Shown in pieces: positions 36,700 through 43,919 of a DNA stretch of 64,000 nucleotides. The notes beneath the pieces were generated by a model, which had not been told where the DNA came from, searched no databases, and saw nothing but the letters and a program-made list of their open reading frames with translations. A program made the translations under genes and the position numbers. Position 1 is the first letter of the stretch. Each line of letters opens with the position of its first letter. The stretch comes from Acidimicrobiales bacterium (GTDB lineage Bacteria; Actinomycetota; Acidimicrobiia; Acidimicrobiales; Aldehydirespiratoraceae), in the NCBI GenBank assembly GCA_029263215.1, contig JAJCXY010000093.1:2159-66158 (forward strand), given 5' to 3'.

Positions 36700-37497
36700 C
36701 TAGGAGTCGCTGGCGCCTTTCCACTTGTATGTGGTGTTGCCGGCTGAATCCCAGGTCTCGTAGCCCTCGTAGTCCGGTTCGGAACGCCGGTGGCTCGATT
36801 TTCCGCCCCCTCCGTCGGCGTTGGTCCACTCTTCGGTGTACACGCCGTCGGTAGTCGATCCTTCGACGGAGGCCCCGGTTTCCGGGTTCGAATAGCTCTT
36901 GGATGTCGGCCTGCCGTCGGAGCCCCACTCGTAGGTTCCCTCCGATCCGTCGTTGCCTGTCCATGTGCCAGAGGCAGTTCCGTCACTGTTGCGGGTGTCC
37001 GTCCCGCTGCCGGTGCGGCCGGTGTAGTCGGTGGATTGCCACTCGCCGTCCTTGTCCCAGCTGCGCGTCGCTGAGCTCTGGCCGTCGCTCCAGCGGGTCT
37101 TGCTGCTGCCGTCGGCCTCGGTTGACTCCGCCCAGTCGCCACCATCTCTGCCCTGGTCGAGAAGGTTGCCGTCGGCATCGGTCGTTTCCCATGCCGTGTC
37201 GCCGCTCCAGGTCGGGCTTTCGGTGGTCGTCTGGGTGACCTTTCCGTTGGCATCGAGTGTCTCGGTGATCGTTTCGCCACCCGGCTTGATTGTCTTGCGC
37301 GTGCGGGTTCCGTCGCCGTTGTCCCACTCGGCCATCGATGGCTTGCCGAGATTGGCGATCTCAGACGGTCCTCCGCCCGCACCGCTCGCGGCGTCGTCCA
37401 CCATTGCGGTCATCCCGCCGTCGTCGGTGACTTCGCCCCCGTTGGCGGAATCTGTCGCGGTGTCGGTATCTACAGCTGGCGTGTTGCCCTTTTCCAT
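36700..37497 (-). CDS. Thr/Asp/Gly/Trp-rich repeat protein (about 12 aromatic-x(2-4)-[DN]G beta-hairpin-like repeats), no signal peptide
   Basis: Repeats include EWDNGDG, TLDANGK, WETTDADGN, WAESTEADG, RWSDGQ, SWDKDGEW, TRNSDGT, TWTGNDGSEGTYEW, EWGSDGRPTSKSY, STTDGVYTEEW, EWTNADG and TWDSAGNTTYKW. Confidence 0.65.
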   Translation of the reverse strand: MEKGNTPAVDTDTATDSANGGEVTDDGGMTAMVDDAASGAGGGPSEIANLGKPSMAEWDNGDGTRTRKTIKPGGETITETLDANGKVTQTTTESPTWSGDTAWETTDADGNLLDQGRDGGDWAESTEADGSSKTRWSDGQSSATRSWDKDGEWQSTDYTGRTGSGTDTRNSDGTASGTWTGNDGSEGTYEWGSDGRPTSKSYSNPETGASVEGSTTDGVYTEEWTNADGGGGKSSHRRSEPDYEGYETWDSAGNTTYKWKGASDS

Positions 37498-37542
37498 GAC
37501 TTCCCTGCACTCTCTCTTGGTCAGATCCTGACTTGTTCGACT

Positions 37543-38829
37543 TCATCGTCCGCGGAGTTTTGGACGAACGCCGATCAGCGGAGGTGAGTCCTCTTTTCCG
37601 CCTACGCCCTTGTCGGGCCTGGTGTCGCTGATTGTGGCGGGTAGGGAGACGCCGTCTTCGGTTCCATCGCGGCGTGACCACCACCACCAGAAGCCACCGC
37701 CGAGGACACCGAGTCCGATGATGATCGGAACAGTCGGAGGCCCGCCGGAGTCGTTGTCGTCGGTGCCGGCATCGACTGGATCTTCGCCGGCCGTGTCGAC
37801 ACCGTCAGCAGCGGTGCTGGTCTCGCTGCCCGAATCGTCGTCGTCGGTCTCGGTGAGCGGGTCCTGGGCCACCAGGGTGCCGGTCAGCTCATCGAAGAAC
37901 CCGGAGGATTCTGCATCGCGTGACGTGGCCGCGAAGACGGAGACCGAGGAGCCCGGCGGCAGATCCACTCCAGCCGCGCTCAGGCAGGCCGTGTGCCCGT
38001 CGTCGGACCACTCCAGCCTGATGTCTGCGCTGGAGCTGATGTCGTCGACACCGTTGCCGGCGAATGCCATGAACTCGCCGTCGTTGTTGCTGACGAAGAG
38101 GTTGTACTCGGTGCCATCGGGGGTGGTGACTCTGAGCGACATGTCCCAGCGGGGCGGGCCGCTTTCGAAGAGACGTTGGCCATTGTCGACTGTGCTGATC
38201 TTGAACGTCGCTCTGCCGTCGACGAGTCCGGCGTAGGAGAGAGAACTGATGTCGGCGCCACCGTGCCTCGATGATTCTTCGGGTCCGGCTTCGCCGCCAC
38301 TGAAGGGGTCGATCATGTCGAGGGGGGCGTCGGTCAATGCCGCCGACGGACCGAGGTCGTTCCCGGTGGGCGCATAGGGCGTGACCGGAGGGGGCGGGTC
38401 GGTGTCGGATTCCAGTTCCACCGATCCGCCATGACAGCCCGCGACGTCGCAGGCCGCCACCGTGGTGGAACCCGCCGAAGTGGGTGTGATGGTGGATCGG
38501 ACTACTCCGTTGGTGTCGGTGACACCGTCGATGCGTTCGGTCGCGCCGTCGCCGTGGTTGATCTCGAAGTACATGTCGTGCGCGGCCAGAGGCGATCCGC
38601 CTTGCGAAAAGCAGGCTTCGACGTCGAAGGGGAAGGCGGCGGAGATGAGCTTGTCGCTGCCGTCGGCGCACGTTTGCTCGTCGCTGAAAACGATACCGAG
38701 TTCGACTTCGACGTCTTGGGCCGATGCCTGCGGTATCGCGCCGATCAAGGCGAGCGTGAGTGCGGCCAAAACGGTTGTGGCCTGCCATGGTCGCGAGAGC
38801 CGCGAGATGCGGCGTTGGCTGGATCTCAC
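37543..38829 (-). CDS. secreted, C-terminally membrane-anchored surface protein
   Basis: The GTG start is preceded by a GGGAGGG RBS. The signal peptide is SQRRISRLSRPWQATTVLAALTLALIGAIPQASAQD, which contains a twin Arg. The C-terminal anchor is PIIIGLGVLGGGFWWWW followed by a basic tail. Confidence 0.65.
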   Translation of the reverse strand: MRSSQRRISRLSRPWQATTVLAALTLALIGAIPQASAQDVEVELGIVFSDEQTCADGSDKLISAAFPFDVEACFSQGGSPLAAHDMYFEINHGDGATERIDGVTDTNGVVRSTITPTSAGSTTVAACDVAGCHGGSVELESDTDPPPPVTPYAPTGNDLGPSAALTDAPLDMIDPFSGGEAGPEESSRHGGADISSLSYAGLVDGRATFKISTVDNGQRLFESGPPRWDMSLRVTTPDGTEYNLFVSNNDGEFMAFAGNGVDDISSSADIRLEWSDDGHTACLSAAGVDLPPGSSVSVFAATSRDAESSGFFDELTGTLVAQDPLTETDDDDSGSETSTAADGVDTAGEDPVDAGTDDNDSGGPPTVPIIIGLGVLGGGFWWWWSRRDGTEDGVSLPATISDTRPDKGVGGKEDSPPLIGVRPKLRGR

Positions 38830-39060
38830 GAACCCTCCCCCCCGAGGTGATGGGCGACATTATCACTCGGAGGGCTTCACGCTCTGTGGTCGATGGTGGT
38901 CCGGCTGCTGTCGGTGACTGGGGTGCTCGATACTTCGCCGGTACTCTTGGTTCTGGGGTGGTCGCAGCAGCGCGGCCAGAGGCGATGGAGGCACCGGTAT
39001 TCACTCGATTCGATTGGCTTCGTGGCGCAGGTCCGAGCGATCTGGGTCTGGGGTATCGAT

Positions 39061-39990
39061 ATGACCATGCGCGCGGGCTGGTATCCGTCCCCTGATGACC
39101 CCACCGAGTTGAAGTACTGGGATGGCGAGGACTGGACCGCGCACACTCAGTCCAGCCCCGACGCGCCGGGCCCTCCCGATGCGGAGCCGGAGCAGGAGCC
39201 GGAAGCCGAGGGCGTCAGCGAGTCGGCACCGGTTGCCGATGACGATGGTTGGGAACACGGTCCGGAGTCTCGATCGGTTCTCGGTTGGATAATCGGGGCG
39301 CTGGTCACCTCCGCCATTGTGATCGGGGGCTTTGTCGCCTTGACTGCCCTCTGGGGTTCCGACGATGGCCCGACACTCGGTCAGGGTGCGATCGCGGGCG
39401 ACGGCTCCGATTCCATTGGTTCAGATGTGGCTGAGACGACCTCATCGACCTTGCCGGCCTTCACGGTGCCGACGACCACCCGGTTCGCCATCGCGACCAC
39501 CACCACAGCGGCCCCGGGTGCGGAAGCGACCACCACAACCACCGTCGCGACGACGACCACCGGAGACGCGACTACCACAACGGAGCCCTCGGCCGAGCGT
39601 CAGGTAACCCTTCTCGTGGATGTGGCGAAGCTGAGGTCGGGACCGCGGCTCAATGCCACCGAGGTCGACACGATCACCGATCTCGGGGGCTCGACGATAG
39701 TCGTCCTGGGCGAACCCGTCGACGGTTGGTATGAGGTGAAGATCGGCACCAAGCAGGGATGGATGTTCGGTGCGTTCATCCTCCCGCCAGCGAGTGGACT
39801 CACCGTGCTCCAGACCGTGTCGGGAGCGCCGGTGGCCCTGCTCAATTCAAGTGGCCAGGCCCTCGGCGTTACCAGCGCGTCGGGTAGTTACGCATTGGCC
39901 ACGGGTACGTCGGGAGAGCTGTGGCCGGTGATTCTCCCAGAAGGCGGCACTGGCTATGTCAGCGCCTCTGCGATGAAGGTCCGGTCGTGA
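39061..39990 (+). CDS. DUF2510-TM-SH3b domain protein
   Basis: MTMRAGWYPSPDDPTELKYWDGEDWT is the DUF2510 motif. The TM helix is VLGWIIGALVTSAIVIGGFVALTAL. A Thr-rich linker follows. The SH3b-like segment is AKLRSGPRLNATEVDTITDLGGSTIVVLGEPVDGWYEVKIGTKQGWMF. Confidence 0.75.
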   Translation: MTMRAGWYPSPDDPTELKYWDGEDWTAHTQSSPDAPGPPDAEPEQEPEAEGVSESAPVADDDGWEHGPESRSVLGWIIGALVTSAIVIGGFVALTALWGSDDGPTLGQGAIAGDGSDSIGSDVAETTSSTLPAFTVPTTTRFAIATTTTAAPGAEATTTTTVATTTTGDATTTTEPSAERQVTLLVDVAKLRSGPRLNATEVDTITDLGGSTIVVLGEPVDGWYEVKIGTKQGWMFGAFILPPASGLTVLQTVSGAPVALLNSSGQALGVTSASGSYALATGTSGELWPVILPEGGTGYVSASAMKVRS

Positions 39991-40859
39991 CTCCGCTTCA
40001 GCGCAACATGATTCTGGGTGGGGTGCTGATCGTCGCGTTCGCGGGTGGTGGCCTGTTGGCGTGGTCTGGTCAAGACGACGGGGATCCGGCCGCGGCGATC
40101 GAGGAGGTCGAACCCGACGAGAACATGGGAGGCGCGCAGGAGGAGCCACTCGCGCTGTCGGTCACCTCCTCGGCTGCGCCGACGAGTACCAGCTCCACCA
40201 CCACGACCGTGCCTCCCGATCTGGTGGTGCAGGTGTTCGCGGTCGCCCCGCCGACCGGCGACGAAGCTCTGACCATGGCCGCTGTGCTGGCCGTCGACAT
40301 CAGCCTGCCGAGCGATTGCGGATTGCCGCTCGATGTGCCGGAGTCTTTGCCCAACTCGCCTCGTGACTATCGCAACGGAACCCATCAGGGGATCGATTTC
40401 ATCTGTATGGCTCGAGGCCGAGAGGCTCACGCGGCGATGCCGGGGAGGGTGCTGGTGGCCGTTGGCGACTATGTCGACCCCACGCCGGCGGAGCGCAGCG
40501 CGGTCCTGAGCATCGCGGGGGAAACGGGGAGCACCCCACCGTGGACGCTCGCCATGATGTACGGCAACTTCGTGGTGATCGACCACGGTGTGATCGACGG
40601 TGTCGGACATCTGGTGTCGGTGAATGCCCATTTCGATTCGCTTGACGAGGCGATCACTCCGGGCGCCCTGTTGGAGGCGGGGCAGAGGCTCGGCGAGATC
40701 GGCAACAAGGGAACCAACGCGGCGTCGCAGGGAACCGAGCGGCCCCAGTCGTTTCATCTCCACTGGGAGTTGTACGTCGACGACGTCTATCTCGGTGCGG
40801 GGCTCGGCTACTCTGACACTCGCGAGATCTACCGAACGCTCTTCGCTGAATCTCTCTGA
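39987..40859 (+). CDS. M23 family metallopeptidase
   Basis: The motifs are HQGIDF (HxxxD) and HLHWEL (HxH). There is an N-terminal TM helix. A candidate GTG start at 39987 overlaps the upstream stop (GTGA); the alternative ATG is at 40008. Confidence 0.85.
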   Translation: MTPLQRNMILGGVLIVAFAGGGLLAWSGQDDGDPAAAIEEVEPDENMGGAQEEPLALSVTSSAAPTSTSSTTTTVPPDLVVQVFAVAPPTGDEALTMAAVLAVDISLPSDCGLPLDVPESLPNSPRDYRNGTHQGIDFICMARGREAHAAMPGRVLVAVGDYVDPTPAERSAVLSIAGETGSTPPWTLAMMYGNFVVIDHGVIDGVGHLVSVNAHFDSLDEAITPGALLEAGQRLGEIGNKGTNAASQGTERPQSFHLHWELYVDDVYLGAGLGYSDTREIYRTLFAESL

Positions 40860-42022
40860 GTGCTGAAGTCGGTGGAACGCTTGCCGCGGATGAACGGGGC
40901 GGCGAGCACCATGGCGATCGCGATCAAGAGCACCATCGCGGCGGCCGCGGTGCCGTACGCAACGGCGCGCCCTGATGTGTCGTAGAGGCCGCCGACGACG
41001 ATTGCGGTGATGCCGGCAGTGAGCGCCTGGGCCGCGCCCATCAGGCCCTGGGCTCCGGCTTGGCGCTCCTCGGGCACGGCCATCGCTATGGCGACTCCCG
41101 GGGCGGTGAGGGTGAGTCCGTCGCTGACGGCATGGACCAGGCCGAGGGTGAAGATCCATTCACCGGACGGGAGTTGGCCATAGGTGAAGATGAAGGCCGC
41201 GCCGATGGTCAGGCCGAGCGCCCCGATTCGGAAGGGTCCGACATTTTGGGCGAGGCGGCCGCCGAACGGTCCGAAGATGACGAGCGGAGCGGCGAACAGG
41301 GTTATGCCGAGGTTGGCCATCCAGTCGTTGGTACCGAGGTCTTCGTGCACGACATCCCAAAGGGCGTCGAAAGTGCCGATCATCAAGAAGACGGTCGCCC
41401 CGAGCAGTACTGCACCGGCGATTACCCTCGAGCGGAGGAGGTCGAGGGCCAGGCGATGGCCGGCCCCGTCGATCTTCTCGGTGATCGTGACCGCGGCGGT
41501 GAACGGGAAGATGGCTACGTTGGCGACGGCGACCACGAGGAACGGTGCGGCCAGGCCGAACGGGCCGACCAGCAGGGCGGAGACCGCAGGGCCGAACGCG
41601 AACCCGAAAACGCTGGCGGAGAGAAGTCGGCCGAGGTTCCGGCCGAGGTTCTCGGGGTCGGCAAGGATCACGAGGCGGCGGATGGCGGGATGAGCGGCGC
41701 CGATCCCGACGCCGGAGACGATCCGGCCGAGGAGCAGGGGGGTGAGCGAGGTGCCGAAGGCCATCAGCAACAGGCCGAAGAAGTTGGCCACGACGCCGAG
41801 CATGATCAGGCGTCGGGCGTGGCCGCGGTCGGCTACCGGTGCGATGAAGATCTGGGCGACGAAGGCGGAGAGGAACCCGGCCCCTATGAGCATGCCGATC
41901 TCGGTCTCGTTGATGCCGTACTCGTCTCGGTAGTCGCCCACCACCGTGAAGAGCACGCCGTAGCCCATGGTGAGCGAGGCGGAGAGTGCGCCGAAGACGA
42001 TCGATGGGGGGAACCGGCGCAT
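40829..42022 (-). CDS. MFS transporter
   Basis: The 397-aa protein has about 12 helices and contains PVADRGHARRLIMLG. Confidence 0.85.
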   Translation of the reverse strand: MRRFPPSIVFGALSASLTMGYGVLFTVVGDYRDEYGINETEIGMLIGAGFLSAFVAQIFIAPVADRGHARRLIMLGVVANFFGLLLMAFGTSLTPLLLGRIVSGVGIGAAHPAIRRLVILADPENLGRNLGRLLSASVFGFAFGPAVSALLVGPFGLAAPFLVVAVANVAIFPFTAAVTITEKIDGAGHRLALDLLRSRVIAGAVLLGATVFLMIGTFDALWDVVHEDLGTNDWMANLGITLFAAPLVIFGPFGGRLAQNVGPFRIGALGLTIGAAFIFTYGQLPSGEWIFTLGLVHAVSDGLTLTAPGVAIAMAVPEERQAGAQGLMGAAQALTAGITAIVVGGLYDTSGRAVAYGTAAAAMVLLIAIAMVLAAPFIRGKRSTDFSTQRDSAKSVR

Positions 42023-42076
42023 CGGCTGAGCCTACGCGTGCTCGGGGGTGTCACACCCTCCAACGACAATCGCCAT

Positions 42077-42499
42077 ATGTGTATGAAATGTAACGGGTAT
42101 GGCTGGAACAACATTGAACGTCATATGGATCTAGTGATACAGATCCACGGCTTCTTCGCCCAACAGATGAGGGGTGCAGAGCGGGTGTGGACCTACACGG
42201 TTGGGATAAGAGAGAGCTGGGGCCACCCGGAACTTTTGTGTGTCGACCTTGCCGGCGATGCTCAAGCCGCCTTGATCGGGACACTCGCCGACGACATCGA
42301 GGAGCACGGCATGGTACAGCCGACCACGCTCGAGTCGCTCGACATTGTGCTGGTGCCGGTTGATGAGGTTCAGCTCCGTGATGGGTTGGTCGCCTCCTGG
42401 GAGGGCCGCTACCAACGATCGGCAGTCATCGGCGACTTTCTCCGGATCGTGCCTGGGCCATCATGGCGACGAGTTGGGACGCGTTGTCGCTCTGGGTGA
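42077..42499 (+). CDS. DUF4262-like protein
   Basis: WTYTVGIRESWGHPELLCVDL resembles the DUF4262 core (YTVGL..G.PEL). This is the only credible part of the listed ORF 41060..42499. Confidence 0.55.
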   Translation: MCMKCNGYGWNNIERHMDLVIQIHGFFAQQMRGAERVWTYTVGIRESWGHPELLCVDLAGDAQAALIGTLADDIEEHGMVQPTTLESLDIVLVPVDEVQLRDGLVASWEGRYQRSAVIGDFLRIVPGPSWRRVGTRCRSG

Positions 42500-42523
42500 G
42501 GCCCGGCCGACTAGCTTGCGGCG

Positions 42524-43237
42524 ATGAGAGTGATCGGATCCGGGTTCGGGCGCACGGGCACCTTGTCGCTCAAGCTTGCGCTCGAGGAGCTTGGCTATGG
42601 GCCCTGCTATCACATGCAGGAGGTGATGGGCTCCGCCGCCGACGTGAAGGTCTGGCACGACTACGCCCGCGGAGGGCCGACCGATTGGCGTGAACTCTTT
42701 GCCGAGTATGACGCGGCTGTCGATTTCCCGGCGAGCATCGTCTACCGCGACCTGCTGGAGGAGTTTCCCGACGCGATGGTTGTGCACACGATGCGCGACT
42801 CCGACAGCTGGTACGAGTCGACCCTCGAGACGATCTACCAGGGCACAACCCTGATGCCGCGCTGGATGCGCCGCTCAGTGCCGGTCGCGGGTCGGTGGGC
42901 GGAGATGGTCGACCTAATGGTCTGGGAGGGCCTTTTCGAGGGACGTTTCGAGGATCGTGCATTTGCCATCGAGCGCTATGAGGCATGGATCGCGGAGGTC
43001 ATTGCCACCGTGCCGCCCCACCGCCTGCTGATGTTCAAGGTGGCCGATGGTTGGGGTCCGCTGTGCGAGTTCCTCGGTGCGATTCAGCCCGACGGTCTGT
43101 TTCCCCAGGTCAACGATCGGGAGTCTATGCTGCGTCGCTTCCGGCGTATCAAGGTGGTGACCCGGTCCGCGCCATTCGTGGGGGTCGGATTGTTCGCGGC
43201 CTTCTGCGGTGCGCTTCGCCGCCTCCGTCGTCGCTGA
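42524..43237 (+). CDS. sulfotransferase family protein (Sulfotransfer_4-like)
   Basis: MRVIGSGFGRTGTLSLKLALEELGYGPCYHMQEV...AVDFPASIVYRDLLEEFPDAMVVHTMRDSDSWYES closely follows the family pattern as I recall it. Confidence 0.75.
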   Translation: MRVIGSGFGRTGTLSLKLALEELGYGPCYHMQEVMGSAADVKVWHDYARGGPTDWRELFAEYDAAVDFPASIVYRDLLEEFPDAMVVHTMRDSDSWYESTLETIYQGTTLMPRWMRRSVPVAGRWAEMVDLMVWEGLFEGRFEDRAFAIERYEAWIAEVIATVPPHRLLMFKVADGWGPLCEFLGAIQPDGLFPQVNDRESMLRRFRRIKVVTRSAPFVGVGLFAAFCGALRRLRRR

Positions 43238-43240
43238 ACG

Positions 43241-43504
43241 TCAGCTCAGACTGACGAACGCCGCGATTGCGGCGATCACGCCGAGGATCAAGAACATCAT
43301 TGAGAGGACGACCTGACGGGTCGAGTCGGCGATCTGCTTCGAGAGGCGGCCTTCGAAGCCCTCGAGCTTGTGATCGGTGCCGGCATCAAGGGCGTTCATC
43401 TCCCGGCGGAGGCCTGTTTCGAGGCGTGTCAGGTCGCCGCGGAGATCGGCGATGTCATCCTTGGTGGTCGCTTGTGACGGTGGAGATCGACTAGGAAGCT
43501 GTGA
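43241..43504 (-). pseudogene. N-terminally truncated copy (P5) of the tail-anchored coiled-coil family
   Basis: The minus-strand frame reads SQLPSRSPPSQATTKDDIADLRGDLTRLETGLRREMNALDAGTDHKLEGFEGRLSKQIADSTRQVVLSMMFLILGVIAAIAAFVSLS*. The family motifs ATKDDIA.L and EGRL...TM are present. There is no start codon before the ATG at 43399, which would give only 52 aa. Confidence 0.45.
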
Positions 43505-43831
43505 TCACGCCTTTGTCGTGGTTGGGGCCTGGTCGGCTTCGATCGGCTGCGCGGTGAGGTCGATGTCGACGGTGTCATAGACATTGTCGTCTGCCTCGTC
43601 GAGCACGACTTCATCGACGATCACGCCTCGGTCGCGCATCTGTCCGACGATCCTGTCGGTCATGGCCACACGACGGTCGTCGGGTATTCGGCTCGGGAGT
43701 CGCTGATCGAGTTTCTCGCGTACGTCAGTCTCGCTGAGACCATGCCACTGTTCGCGCTGCTGGGAGCACTTCTTCTTCATGGCGAGTGCCACCAGCCCGA
43801 GGACCACAGCTGCGAGCAAAAGTCGTTTCAT
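43505..43831 (-). CDS. small protein with an N-terminal hydrophobic helix, function unknown
   Basis: It begins MKRLLLAAVVLGLVALAMKKK and is 108 aa. Its TGA stop is in frame with the P5 remnant immediately downstream. Confidence 0.5.
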   Translation of the reverse strand: MKRLLLAAVVLGLVALAMKKKCSQQREQWHGLSETDVREKLDQRLPSRIPDDRRVAMTDRIVGQMRDRGVIVDEVVLDEADDNVYDTVDIDLTAQPIEADQAPTTTKA

Positions 43832-43919
43832 GGGGAACCTCCTGTCGATGGCTTCAACGCTAAGTCGGTGAGAGTGCGAAGGGAAGAGATTTGTTCGGCC
43901 GCCGGGCCGTAGCGATATC

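Noticed and set aside
41060-42076. The upstream two thirds of listed ORF 41060..42499, and similar long antisense ORFs (1056..1916, 19904..20821, 21251..22681, 33098..34261, 49181..50209, 58620..59870)
   Set aside because: All are antisense to strongly supported genes and have the Gly/Arg/Asp/Val-rich composition typical of high-GC reverse frames. Only the 3' end (42077-42499, DUF4262-like) is independent of the MFS gene.
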